Source: an uncultured delta proteobacterium
GTDB taxonomy: Bacteria > Myxococcota_A > Polyangia > Polyangiales > Polyangiaceae
DNA length: 64,000 nucleotides
Assembly: GCA_963841435.1 (NCBI GenBank)
Contig: CAWJCS010000003.1
Coordinates: forward strand, 960,001-1,024,000
Direction of reading: 5' to 3'
The position numbers and the translations under genes are program-made. This document shows positions 53,484-63,758 of this stretch, in pieces (the first letter of the stretch is position 1; every line of letters begins with the position of its first letter). The notes under the pieces are model-generated. The model was not told where the DNA came from and searched no databases. It saw nothing but the letters and a program-made list of their open reading frames with translations.

Positions 53484-54092
53484 TCACAGGGGGTCGGAGC
53501 GCGCCGAGCCGTCGAGGTTGAGCGAAGCGACCTTGCACGTGACCGGGGGCTCCGTTCCCCCCGGGTCACCCGGCACGACCTTACCTACCAACGGCTGCTG
53601 TGCCACGCTATCCACGAGCATTTCGCCCGTATCCGCCTGAACCGTGAGTGACGGGCGCGTGGCGTCGCCGAGCATTTCGGAGGTCCGCGGCGAATAGCCG
53701 ATTGTCGCCAGCAAATGTAGCGCGGTGGGGGTAACCGATGAATCGGGCACATTCCACCAGCTCACCACAACTGAGGTTGCATCGGGCGCGCCGGGCAGAA
53801 AGAACTGGTCATGGACGCCGCCACCACAGCTATTGCAATCGGGGTTATCGTTGGGGTCGTGGTCAGCGTTGAAATAGTGAGGGCCAGTCAGCAGTTTTGA
53901 GCACGCGTTGGACGTCAGGCATGCACGAACCGACAGCTCATCGGCCACCGAAATCTCCCCTTCCCACTTTGTCGTGCATTCGATGCCGGAGCCGGAGTTG
54001 GCCGGGCGTTCATTCGGGCCACTGCCGCAGCTTGGCAGCACCGCGAGGACGATGGCACATCCAACAACCGTGTGAAATTGACCATAGAGCAT
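53484..54092 (-). CDS. Hypothetical lipoprotein (lower-GC islet)
   Basis: Lipobox LPSC; Cys-containing; lies between two protease genes. Confidence 0.65.
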   Translation of the reverse strand: MLYGQFHTVVGCAIVLAVLPSCGSGPNERPANSGSGIECTTKWEGEISVADELSVRACLTSNACSKLLTGPHYFNADHDPNDNPDCNSCGGGVHDQFFLPGAPDATSVVVSWWNVPDSSVTPTALHLLATIGYSPRTSEMLGDATRPSLTVQADTGEMLVDSVAQQPLVGKVVPGDPGGTEPPVTCKVASLNLDGSARSDPL

Positions 54093-54121
54093 GAAGTGTT
54101 CCTTTCTCCCGAACGGGGCAA

Positions 54122-55358
54122 TCACCAGCACCTCACATACGCGCGGCCGTTGCTGGTCCCGTGATAGCAACTGCCAAACCAGGGCTCAATCCACCACATC
54201 TTGTCGTAGATGCGCGACCAATGTTCGATTTCCCCCGGATTCGGACAATAAGGGTGAGCGTAGAGGGAAGAGAAGACACCGATCGCGACAGGCGTCCAGT
54301 TCGGGGGCTTGCCGATCATGTATGACTGGTTGTTTGCAGGACCACCGGAGTCGCCCTTGCACGCCCCGCGACTGGTTCGTGAAGACATCCATGTGCCAGA
54401 ACGCTGTAGTCTGCGCGCTGACGCCCCCATAGAATAGCCCTCGCCTGCCGACCCCCTGGTTGCCACCGCTGTTGGCGTTCCAGCCGTATCCCTCGATCCA
54501 ATAGGTGTCGTTTACGACGGTCATTTGGTTCAGCATGCGCATCCAGCTCGCCGATGTATTCGCAGGCGCGAGCCAGCTCGAATCTGGAATGACGAGCGCG
54601 AGGTCGTGAGCAATGTCACCGTTGCCCGTGTAACCTGGGTATGGCCATCCCCAGGCATTGTCGCCACTGCCACCGCAATCCCAGTTGATGCAAGGAACCT
54701 CAGGGTGTGTATTGCCATAGTCCACCCGAATATGATAACGCTGGACGCCTTCTGTGGTCGGTAGACAGTGCGCCGCAGTGAGCAGCGCGTACGGACCAAT
54801 AAGGACTCCGCTACAGTAGCTGCCGTCAGTCCGAGTGATTCTCACCGTTGCAGGGTTTTGGAACTCGTAGGACACCGCTACCTTGTCCACGCGCTCGGCC
54901 GAGGGTAGGTCATCGAACTCCTCGTTGTCGGGCGCGTCGCTTGGTGCGGGCTCGCCATACGGTTCAACGACCGGCTGTGCTTCGGCATGCTCCCGGCGCA
55001 AGCGCGTGAATGTCCGCGCATCATCGCAGTTCCTTACTTGTCGCACCCCGCCATTTCTCACTGCAGCCACCGCGTCAGCGTCATCCACGGCTACGCGGTT
55101 TGCCAGCATGTCGTTCATCTTCCCGAACAGGTACCATTCGCGCTCGACCATCTCCTCGCCGCTGTTGGAATCCACGCTCCGCCACTCGGCGCAAACATCC
55201 TCGCCGTACTCGCCCACGAGAGGGTACGCGCGATCGACGAGTTGCCACTGTTCGGGGAGCACAGGCTCTTGTTCCGATCGACCAACGCTACCATCGCTGC
55301 CGCACCCAGCAAGCGCACCCAACACCGCCAAAGCGAACCCGATGTCGTTCACCCTCAT
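54122..55358 (-). CDS. Trypsin-like (S1) serine protease lipoprotein with one frameshift at about 54365
   Basis: Lipobox LAGC; CSGVLI, LTAAHC and HDLAL motifs. CKGDSGGP is in the other frame and is restored by removing one G from a GGGG run. Confidence 0.85.
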
Positions 55359-55646
55359 AGGACCCTCCGCTGTTGATTCAGCCATGACTCTTCCGAAGGT
55401 ATCCCCCCCCCACAGAAGTCCAGCGGATTCGGACGGGCGACACCCGCCGCGGACTACCAACGCGGAGCGCGCGTCGGCGGGTGCAACGTCGGACGATGCC
55501 GAGGTCAAGCGGAATGCGCGCGCTCACGCCGAGGTTCGGATTTTTCGTGCCGGGGAGGGCGACGTAGCCCGCCTGCGGAGAGGAGAGCATCCAGACCCGC
55601 GGCTTTTCGCTGAAGCGCGCCGCAGCGCGCTCCGAGCGCGCGGCGC

Positions 55647-56606
55647 TCACAAGCTGGAAAAGAACGCCCACTCGCGGTCCGCCCAGCCGGGCAGGTGCTC
55701 GTGGGAAAAATCCGGGAAGATGACGCGCGACTTCTTGCTACCGATCTTGTTGTAGGCCGCAAACTGTGACGACGGCGGGCAGATCGGGTCCATCAGGCCG
55801 ATCGCCATCAAGACTTCGGCCTGGATGCGGGGCGCGAGGTGCTGCACGTCGATGTAGCCGAGGCGGCGGAACCACTCGTCGACGCGCTCGTGCGTCGGGT
55901 CGTGGTGGCGGAGGAACGTGCGAAGCTCGGCGTAGGCGTCCTTCGCGAGGTCCATCTCCCAGACGCGACGATAGTCGCTGAGGAAGGGATAGACGGGCGC
56001 GGCCTTTTTGATGCGCGGCTCGAGCGAGGCGCAAGCGAGCGTGAGCGCGCCACCCTGCGAGGCACCGTGTGCGCCGATGCGCTCGGAATCCACCTCGTCG
56101 AAGCCGGCGACGACGGCGAAGAGCTCCACCGTGTCGAGGAAGATGTCGCGGAAGAGGAGCTTGTCGGGCCCGTCGAACAGGCCACGCACGATGTGGCCCG
56201 ACTGCGTGGTACCGCGCACGCCCCCGAGGTCTTCGCTGAGACCGCCCTGTCCGCGGCAGTCGAGCGCCGCAACCGAGAAGCCTGCGCCGACCCAGCCGAG
56301 CTTGCTCACGAAGTCGCCACTGTTCGTGGAGTAGCCGTGGAACTCGAGCAGCGCCGGGCCCTTGCCGGTGCGCTTTCGCGGGCGAAGGTACTTTGCGTGG
56401 AGGCGAGCGCCGTGCACGCCCGTGAAGTAGAGATGAAAGCATTCAGCGAACGAAGTCTGGAGCTCGGCGGGCACGAGCTCGGGCTTCGGGTCCACGCTGC
56501 GCATTTCGGCGAGCGCTCGCTCCCAGTAGGCGTCGAAGTCGTCCGGACGCGGATTCTGGCCCTGGTAGCGCTCGAGCTCCCCGAGGGGCATGTCGATGAG
56601 CGGCAT
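55647..56606 (-). CDS. Acetyl xylan esterase / cephalosporin-C deacetylase (CE7)
   Basis: P.DFDAYW, FHGY, DCRGQGG, GASQGG, D.ICPPS.QFA.YN and HE motifs. Confidence 0.92.
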   Translation of the reverse strand: MPLIDMPLGELERYQGQNPRPDDFDAYWERALAEMRSVDPKPELVPAELQTSFAECFHLYFTGVHGARLHAKYLRPRKRTGKGPALLEFHGYSTNSGDFVSKLGWVGAGFSVAALDCRGQGGLSEDLGGVRGTTQSGHIVRGLFDGPDKLLFRDIFLDTVELFAVVAGFDEVDSERIGAHGASQGGALTLACASLEPRIKKAAPVYPFLSDYRRVWEMDLAKDAYAELRTFLRHHDPTHERVDEWFRRLGYIDVQHLAPRIQAEVLMAIGLMDPICPPSSQFAAYNKIGSKKSRVIFPDFSHEHLPGWADREWAFFSSL

Positions 56607-56676
56607 GGCGCGCGGTGTTAGCACCGTTTTTCCCGCGCGGGATCTCGGCAGGCGCTGTGTTAAGCTCCGCGGCCCG

Positions 56677-59169
56677 ATGCGCGTCTCCTACCGCTGGCTT
56701 TGCGAGCTATTGCCCGATCTCACGCTCTCGGCGACCGAGGTCGCCGACCGTCTGAGCGCCGCCGGGGTCGCGGTCGATCGCGTCGAGCCGCGTGGGACGG
56801 CGCTCGAGGCCGTTCGCCTCGCGCGCGTCGCCCGCGTGGAGCCGCACCCCAAGCGTTCGGGGCTTCGGCTCGTCACGGTGGATCACGGCGCCGGGACGCA
56901 GACCGTGGTGTGCGGCGCGTCGAACGTGCCGGACCCGGGCGGCCTCGTGGCGCTCGCCCCGCTCGGCGCGAAGCTCCCGACCCTGCCAGAGCCGCTCGGC
57001 CGGCGTGAGATCGGCGGCGTCCCGAGCGAGGGCATGCTCGTGAGCGAAGCCGAGCTCGGGCTCGGCGCGAGCGCGTCCGGCATCCTCGTGGCGCCCGATC
57101 TCTCGGGTGAGCCCGGCCTGTCGCTCGCCGAGCTCTGGCCGAGCGCGGTCGATTCGATCCTCGAGCTCGACGTGACGCCGAATCGCCCGGACGCTCTCAG
57201 CCACTTCGGCGTTGCGCGCGAGCTCGCCGCGCTGCTCTCGCTCGCGGCCCCCGCGCGTGACGGCGCGACCATCCCACTGCCGAGCTCGCCCGAGCTCGAC
57301 GGCCTCATTCGCATCGACAATCGCGATCTGGAGCGCTGCCCGCACTACGCCGCCGGCGCCGTGCTCGACATAGCGGTGGGCCCGTCGCCCGCCTGGCTGC
57401 GTTTTCGGCTGGAAAGCCTGGGGGTCCGGGCCATTTCGAACGTCGTCAACGTGACGAACCTGATCTTGATGGAGCACGGGCAGCCCATGCACGCGTTCGA
57501 TCTGGATCACGTGCGAGGCGGGCGCATCATCGTGCGCCGCGCCGAGGCCGGCGAGCCGTTCACGACCCTCGACGGCACGGCGCGCAAGCTCGAGGCCGAC
57601 GACCTCGTGATCGCCGACGGCGAGGGCCCGACGGCGCTAGCGGGCGTCATGGGCGGGCTCGACAGCGAAATCAAGGAGAGCACGCGGCGCGTGCTGCTCG
57701 AGTGCGCGTACTTCACGCCGCGCGGCGTGCGCCGCACCTCGCGGCGCCACGGCCTGCACACCGAGTCGAGCCATCGCTTCGAGCGCGGCGTCGACTACGC
57801 CGCCGTCCCCGCCGTGCTCGAGAGCGCCAAGGCGCTGCTCGCCGAGCTCGCGGGCGGCCGCGTCGTGCACGGCGCCATCCACGCGCGCGGCCCCGTGCCC
57901 GAAAAGCGGCGCATCCCACTGCGCTCGAGCCGGCTCGACGCGCTGCTCGGCGCCCCCGTGCCGTTCGACGAGGCGGGCGCCATCCTCGAGCGGCTTGGCT
58001 TTCCCGTCGTCGCGCGCTCGGCAGCTGGCGAGCCGGCTCGGCTCGAGGTGGAGGCGGTGTCGTTCCGCCCCGACGTGACGCGCGAAGCCGATCTCGTCGA
58101 CGAGGTGGCGCGCGTGCGCGGCCTCGATCTGCTGCCCGAGCGCCTGCCCGCCATCGTGCCCCAGCCGCCGCGCCCCACGGGGGTGCTCGAGCGCCAGGTG
58201 CTCGACACGCTCGCGTCGCTCGGCCTGAGCGAGGCGCTGACCTACGCCTTCGTTTCCCCGGCAGATCTCGAGCGGCTCTCGGCGCCGGCACCGACCGTGC
58301 GCCTCAAGAATCCGCTCGGCGAGGAGCGCAGCGTGATGCGCACGAGCCTCCTGCCGGGCCTGCTCGAGGCACTCTCGCGGGCACGACGCCGCGGCGAGAC
58401 CCGCGTGCGCCTGTTTGCGCTCGGCGCGACCTTCCACGCGCCCGTCACCGAGCCACGCGGCGGCGCGCGACCCCGCCTCGCCGAGGACGTCGGCGCGCTG
58501 CCGAGCGAGCGGCTCGGTGTCGCCGTGGTGCTCGGCGGCCCGCGCCTCGAGCATCTCGCGCTCGAGGCGCCCGAGGTCGATGTGTACGACGCCAAAGCGA
58601 TCGCGCTCGAGCTCGTGGAGCGCGTCACGGGCCGGCACGCCGACGTCCGCTTCATCGGCACGACTCCCGAGACCAGGCATCTGCACCCGCGCGGCGCCGC
58701 GCTCGTCACCGTGGGCGACACCGTGCTCGGCCGGCTCGGTCCGCTGCACCCCGACGTGTGCCAGGCGTTCGAGCTCGGCGGCCCCGCGCTCGTCGTGGAG
58801 CTCGACATCGACGCGCTCGAGGCGCTCGGCAACGTCACGCCGCGCTACCAGCCCATGTCGCGCCTGCCCGCCATCACGCGCGATCTTTCGCTCGTCGTGA
58901 GCGACCGGGTCCCCGCGGGCGACGTCTCGCGCGTGCTCGCGGGCGCGGGCGGCGAGCTCTGCGAGTCCATCGTGGTCGCCGCGGAGTTCCGCGGCGGCTC
59001 GGTCCCCACCGGACAGCGCTCGCTCACTTTTCGCGTCGTCTACCGCGACCCGAAGGCGCGCCTCGACGCGGCGGACGCCCGCACGCTCACCGACGCCGAG
59101 GTCGACGGCCTCGAGGCCCGCATGCTCGAGGCCGCGAAGGCCGAGCTCGGCGCGGCGCTGCGGAGCTAG
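56677..59169 (+). CDS. pheT: Phenylalanyl-tRNA synthetase beta subunit
   Basis: MRVSY.WL, VCGA.N, TPNRPD, GQPMHAFD, RFERG, R.D....DL..EV.R, NPL and RDLS motifs. Confidence 0.97.
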   Translation: MRVSYRWLCELLPDLTLSATEVADRLSAAGVAVDRVEPRGTALEAVRLARVARVEPHPKRSGLRLVTVDHGAGTQTVVCGASNVPDPGGLVALAPLGAKLPTLPEPLGRREIGGVPSEGMLVSEAELGLGASASGILVAPDLSGEPGLSLAELWPSAVDSILELDVTPNRPDALSHFGVARELAALLSLAAPARDGATIPLPSSPELDGLIRIDNRDLERCPHYAAGAVLDIAVGPSPAWLRFRLESLGVRAISNVVNVTNLILMEHGQPMHAFDLDHVRGGRIIVRRAEAGEPFTTLDGTARKLEADDLVIADGEGPTALAGVMGGLDSEIKESTRRVLLECAYFTPRGVRRTSRRHGLHTESSHRFERGVDYAAVPAVLESAKALLAELAGGRVVHGAIHARGPVPEKRRIPLRSSRLDALLGAPVPFDEAGAILERLGFPVVARSAAGEPARLEVEAVSFRPDVTREADLVDEVARVRGLDLLPERLPAIVPQPPRPTGVLERQVLDTLASLGLSEALTYAFVSPADLERLSAPAPTVRLKNPLGEERSVMRTSLLPGLLEALSRARRRGETRVRLFALGATFHAPVTEPRGGARPRLAEDVGALPSERLGVAVVLGGPRLEHLALEAPEVDVYDAKAIALELVERVTGRHADVRFIGTTPETRHLHPRGAALVTVGDTVLGRLGPLHPDVCQAFELGGPALVVELDIDALEALGNVTPRYQPMSRLPAITRDLSLVVSDRVPAGDVSRVLAGAGGELCESIVVAAEFRGGSVPTGQRSLTFRVVYRDPKARLDAADARTLTDAEVDGLEARMLEAAKAELGAALRS

Positions 59170-59200
59170 CTGGGGCCGAGGTCCCAGCCCGACAAGACGC

Positions 59201-59512
59201 GTGAGTCTCGGAAGTACGGAGCACGATCGGTCGAACGGCCCGGTGCGGCTCGCGTTCGTCGTGGCACTGCTTTCGTGCGCGTGCGAGCGCAAGGCACCGG
59301 GGCCCGCCGAGTGCCAAGCGTTCGCGCTCCACGTCGCCGGCATCAACAGCCGTGACGACCTCGAATCGCCACGCGATCGCGAGAAGCTCGACAACCTCAC
59401 GCGCGAGTGCCTCGTCACGCCGTACGACCGCGAGCTCTTGCGTTGTGTGGAGGTGACCAGCCAATTTCGGCTGTGTCAGGTCGAGTACCGCCGCCGGCAC
59501 CCCCAGCGCTGA
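59201..59512 (+). CDS. Small Cys-containing lipoprotein
   Basis: Hydrophobic stretch with CAC, and four further Cys. Confidence 0.55.
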   Translation: MSLGSTEHDRSNGPVRLAFVVALLSCACERKAPGPAECQAFALHVAGINSRDDLESPRDREKLDNLTRECLVTPYDRELLRCVEVTSQFRLCQVEYRRRHPQR

Positions 59513-59540
59513 GCCCACGCCACCATGGGCATGCCGCGCG

Positions 59541-60983
59541 TCAAACGATGCCGAGCCGCCCCAGCAGCGTGCTCCGCAGCGTGCCGTTGGGATCGAGGCG
59601 GCGCTTCATGGCGCCGAGCCGCTCGATGAAGCCGCGGTGCATGTCGCGCAAGAGATCGTCGTCGCAATGGGCTTGCTTGAGCAAGAGCACGCGCACGCCG
59701 AGCTCGTCGTAGGCACGACGGCTCACCTCCGAGAGAAACGCCCGCGCTCGCTGCTCGGTTGCGCCACCGCGCCGCACGCTGAAGCTCGAGGTCAGAAGGA
59801 AGCAGCCCTCTGCCAGCCCCGCGGCACCGTGGAGCGGCCACGCGCAGGGCGGGAGCCGGATCACGTCCTGCTGCTCGAGCCGCGACTCGAGCTCGGGAAA
59901 GTCGTCGAACACCGCGAAGTAGAGGTCCATGAACGCGCGCCGCGCCGAAACGGGCATGACGAACGTCTGGTGGCACACGCCGAGCCACGGGTTGACGCCG
60001 AACAGGCCAAGGAGGCGCGGCACGGTGCGACCGCTCGCGAGGTAGCCCTGCGCGCGGTCGTAGCTCCTCTGGTAGAAGGAAAAACCGTAGGGCGTCGCGC
60101 GAAACTGCCGACCGGGCTCGAACACCAGCGGCTGCAGCCGATGCACGACCCCGGGCAAGCGGTTCGCGAGCGCCTGCGCGACGATGTTGCGCTCGGTCCG
60201 GTCGTCGGTGAGCAAGAGCTCCCGCACGCTCTTGCCCGGCTCGCCTACCCGAACGCGATCGCCGAGCAGCACGCTCGTGCGGCGCCGGCCGAAGAAGAAC
60301 AAGCCGCGACCGAGCGGGTACAGGCCGACCTGGTAGCAAGCTTCGAGTCTCTCGAGCGCACGGTAGCCGCGCGTCGGGCAACGCTCGAGTACGTTGATCT
60401 CCGCGTACTCACCCGGCAAGAGCTGCCGGAGGCAGATCTCGATGTCGAGGATGGCGCCGAGCGCCCCGAACGAGCCGACGACGACATGGAACAGCTCGCG
60501 CTCGAGCCCCTGCGCCGAGCGAGAGCAGCGATGGAGCGACCCGTCGGGCGACAGCAGCGTGAAGGCCCGCACGTAGTCCGCGAAGTAGCCGACCGCATCG
60601 TGCGTGCAGGCAGCGAGCGCTCCACCGAGCGAGATGCGATCGCCCGTCGGAGGATGATGCGGCAGGTAGCCTGGGACGGCGTGGCAGAGCTCTCGGAAGG
60701 TGATCGCCCCGGGCGCGCGGACCCAGAGCTTGCCGTCGGGTGTGGGCTCGAGCAGGGCAACCTGCCCGCCGAACCGTGAGAGTGATACCCCCTCGGCGCC
60801 CTCGGGGGGGATGAATTGCTCGCCGAACGACCGGCGCGAGCCGAGCAGCGTGAGACCGATGCCGCGGCGACGGGCGTCCTCGAACAGCGAGGCGAGCTCC
60901 TCGGGCGCTTTTGGGTAGTGCACGACCTTCTCCGTTGCGTAGAGGCCTCCGGCGCTGCGTAGCGCGTCCGTTCTTCGTTCCAC
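59541..60983 (-). CDS. FAD-binding (PCMH/VAO-type) oxidoreductase
   Basis: G.RRSFG.Q, SLGGALAA..H, LF..VVGS.GALG.I and K...DPNG motifs. Confidence 0.85.
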   Translation of the reverse strand: MERRTDALRSAGGLYATEKVVHYPKAPEELASLFEDARRRGIGLTLLGSRRSFGEQFIPPEGAEGVSLSRFGGQVALLEPTPDGKLWVRAPGAITFRELCHAVPGYLPHHPPTGDRISLGGALAACTHDAVGYFADYVRAFTLLSPDGSLHRCSRSAQGLERELFHVVVGSFGALGAILDIEICLRQLLPGEYAEINVLERCPTRGYRALERLEACYQVGLYPLGRGLFFFGRRRTSVLLGDRVRVGEPGKSVRELLLTDDRTERNIVAQALANRLPGVVHRLQPLVFEPGRQFRATPYGFSFYQRSYDRAQGYLASGRTVPRLLGLFGVNPWLGVCHQTFVMPVSARRAFMDLYFAVFDDFPELESRLEQQDVIRLPPCAWPLHGAAGLAEGCFLLTSSFSVRRGGATEQRARAFLSEVSRRAYDELGVRVLLLKQAHCDDDLLRDMHRGFIERLGAMKRRLDPNGTLRSTLLGRLGIV

Positions 60984-60994
60984 CGGAGAAGGTC

Positions 60995-63229
60995 CTACGA
61001 GAGCGCCAGGCTCGAGCCCTCGGTGCGGACGGTGACCGTCGACCCCGGCGGGTACTTTCCCGCGAGCAGCGCTGCGGCGAGCGGGTCGTGCAAAAGCCTC
61101 GAAATCACGCGCTGCAGGGGTCGCGCGCCGAGCGCTGGCTCGTGGCCGAGCTCCGCGAGCCGATCGCGGGCGGCGTCATCGATGTCGAGCGTGATGCGGC
61201 GCTCGGTGAGCAGCGCGCAAAGCTTTGCGATCTCGAGATCGACGATACGCCGGAGCTCGGTCGGGCCGAGTGGTTTGAAGACGATCACCTCGTCGAGGCG
61301 GTTCAAGAGCTCGGGGCGGAAGAAGTCGCTGAGGCCGGCGAGCAGCGCCTGCTCGAGCGCGTCGCGTGCATCCGGAGCTTCGAAGGCCGCGGGCTCGGCG
61401 GCGAGAATCCGATCGGAGCCGAGGTTGCTCGTGAGGATCACGACCGTGTGCGAAAAATCGGCGAGGCGGCCACGACCGTCCGTGAGCCGCCCGTCGTCGA
61501 GCAGCTGCAACAAGAGATTGAAGACGTCGGCATGCGCCTTTTCGACCTCGTCGAAGAGCAGCACCGAGTACGGGCGTTTGCGCACGGCCTCGGTCAAGAA
61601 GCCGCCCTGCTCGCTATCGGCGTAGCCGGGCGGCGCGCCGAGCAGGCGCTGGGCCATGTGCCGCTCCATGAACTCGCTCATGTCGAGGCGCGTGAGCGCG
61701 CGCTCGTCGTCGAACACCACCTCGGCGAGCGCCTTGGCGAGCTCCGTCTTGCCGACCCCGCTCGGCCCGAGGAAGAGAAACGACCCGATGGGCCGTTCGG
61801 CGTCGCGAAGCCCCGTGCGGCCACGGCGCACCGCGCGCGACACGGCGACGAGCGCCGCGTCCTGCCCGACGACGCGCGCGCCGAGCCGCGCCTCGAGGCC
61901 GAGGAGCTTGTCGCTCTCGCCCTCGAGAAGGCGCGTGAGTGGCACGCCCGTGCGCGCCGCGAGCGTCCGCGCAACGTCCTCCTCGCCGAGCACGATCGTC
62001 GCCGCGGAGGCGGTTCCCGACTCGGCCGCTCCGCTCTCGGCGACACGCTTCGCCGCCGCCGCTTCGTCGATGAGGTCGAACGCGCTCTCGGGCAAGAAAC
62101 GATCGGCGAGGTACCGCCTGCCGAGGTGCACGGCCGCGACGACCGCATCTTGGCCGATCTCGATCCGATGATGCACGGCGTAACGAGAAAGCGCGCCACC
62201 AACGATCGCGATGGCCTCGCCCGGCGAGGGCTCGTCGATGGAAATTTGGGTGAAAAGATGGTATATTTGGGGATCTCGCTCGCGCAAACGCCGCGCACCC
62301 TCGGGGGTCGTCGTGCCGAGTAACACGAGCTTTCCGCCGACGAGCTCCTGGCGCAGGAGATCGGTCGCCGCCGACACGACCGGCGCCTGAGCGAAGAGCT
62401 GGTTGACGCTCTCGATCACGAGCAGCGCACCGCGCCGCGTGACCTGACCGAGCGCGCTCTTCACGCGGGCTTCGACCTCGCTGCGCATCCGGGCGCTCCC
62501 GACGAGCGCACCGGCGTCCATCTCGAAGAGCGCCTGGCTCGGCAGGCCCGCGGGCACGCGCCCGCTCGCCAGGTGCCGCGCCAACAGCGCGACGAGCGCT
62601 CGCTTGCCGACGCCGCGCTCGCCGACGAGCAGCGGATGGCGCTTGTCTCGCCGCTCGAGCACGGTGAAAAGCCGCGAGAGCTCCACCGTTCGCTCGACGA
62701 GCGGATCGCTCGACGAGCGCGCGTCCGCCAGTAGGTCACGCAGCAGCCCGTCGGGCGGAACGTCGTCGGCCGGCGCGGCGGCGATGGCGCGCGAGAGGTG
62801 CTCGCGCAGCGCGCCGGGCACGATGCCGAACGCACCGAGGATCTCGCCCGCGGGGCCACGGATCTCCTGCGTGAGCGCGTGGAGCACGTGCTCGCCACGC
62901 ACCTCGGCCGTGCGGTCCCGGCGCGCTTCGCGCTCGGCGCGTTCGAGCAGATCGAGCATCCGGTCGGAGAGGAACGCCGGCTCCGACGAACGAGGGAGCG
63001 CGGAGAGCGCGCGCTCGGTCTGCGAGGCGAGCTCGGCGACGTTGGCACCGGCTCGCGCGAGGGCGTCCCTGAGCCGCGCGTCACGCTCGAGAGCGCGCAT
63101 GAGCAAGTGCAGGGGCTGCACCTCTCGGTGATGCTCCTCGTCGGCGAGCGACTGAGCGCCGGCGACGAGCGCCTTGGCGTCCGCCGCGTACCGGTCGAGC
63201 GAGATCGTTGACGTGCCGGGCTCGGCCAT
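60995..63229 (-). CDS. ClpB/ClpC-like AAA+ protein with degenerate NBD1 and no middle domain
   Basis: Clp N-domain; NBD1 GERGVGKR / LVIES; NBD2 GPSGVGKT, DMSEF, LFDEVEKAH, FRPELLNR and GARPL. Confidence 0.88.
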   Translation of the reverse strand: MAEPGTSTISLDRYAADAKALVAGAQSLADEEHHREVQPLHLLMRALERDARLRDALARAGANVAELASQTERALSALPRSSEPAFLSDRMLDLLERAEREARRDRTAEVRGEHVLHALTQEIRGPAGEILGAFGIVPGALREHLSRAIAAAPADDVPPDGLLRDLLADARSSSDPLVERTVELSRLFTVLERRDKRHPLLVGERGVGKRALVALLARHLASGRVPAGLPSQALFEMDAGALVGSARMRSEVEARVKSALGQVTRRGALLVIESVNQLFAQAPVVSAATDLLRQELVGGKLVLLGTTTPEGARRLRERDPQIYHLFTQISIDEPSPGEAIAIVGGALSRYAVHHRIEIGQDAVVAAVHLGRRYLADRFLPESAFDLIDEAAAAKRVAESGAAESGTASAATIVLGEEDVARTLAARTGVPLTRLLEGESDKLLGLEARLGARVVGQDAALVAVSRAVRRGRTGLRDAERPIGSFLFLGPSGVGKTELAKALAEVVFDDERALTRLDMSEFMERHMAQRLLGAPPGYADSEQGGFLTEAVRKRPYSVLLFDEVEKAHADVFNLLLQLLDDGRLTDGRGRLADFSHTVVILTSNLGSDRILAAEPAAFEAPDARDALEQALLAGLSDFFRPELLNRLDEVIVFKPLGPTELRRIVDLEIAKLCALLTERRITLDIDDAARDRLAELGHEPALGARPLQRVISRLLHDPLAAALLAGKYPPGSTVTVRTEGSSLALS

Positions 63230-63253
63230 GCGCGGCCCTCGGCTAGCGTCGCA

Positions 63254-63688
63254 TCACGCGGGCCCCGGCGACGGACTGCCAGGCAGCGCCGCCGCGAGGC
63301 CCTCGAAGCGCTCGAGCTCGGGATCCTCGAACTCGCGCTCGCCGAGGAACGCGATGCCGACGACGGCGCGCACGGCTCCGTCGCCGCTGCGCACGGGAAT
63401 GGCGAGCGCGGCCTGCGCATCGACGGCCTTCGCGCCGGGCCGCACGTCGCCCGACGCGTCGGACTTGATGTTGCAGACCGCGACGGAGCGGTTGCGTTCC
63501 CAGGCGAGGCCCGCCATGCCCTTACCCTTGGGAATCGTCTCCGTCACGGCGACCACGGGAGGCGGAATGTTGACGGCGGCTCGCAGGATGAGCTCCTCGC
63601 CCTGCCGGGTGTGGACCGTTCCGGCGATGCCCCCGTGGGCACCGAGAAACTCCTTGAGCCAGCTGAGAAGCTCGGGATCGGTTTGCAT
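63254..63688 (-). CDS. Stand-alone GAF domain protein
   Basis: IPKGKGMAGLAW and AIPV....G.V.AVVG motifs. Confidence 0.8.
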   Translation of the reverse strand: MQTDPELLSWLKEFLGAHGGIAGTVHTRQGEELILRAAVNIPPPVVAVTETIPKGKGMAGLAWERNRSVAVCNIKSDASGDVRPGAKAVDAQAALAIPVRSGDGAVRAVVGIAFLGEREFEDPELERFEGLAAALPGSPSPGPA

Positions 63689-63758
63689 GCGCGGCACGGC
63701 AGAAGCTAGCACGACGGCCCGAGCGCTCAACTTGGACTACGCTCGACGCTCCCGCCGC

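Noticed and set aside
54355-54372. Phase-variable switch in the protease gene
   Set aside because: The run is only four G, too short for typical phase variation; a homopolymer error is more likely.
60995-63229. T6SS ClpV/TssH
   Set aside because: No T6SS genes nearby, and the motifs are closer to ClpB/C.
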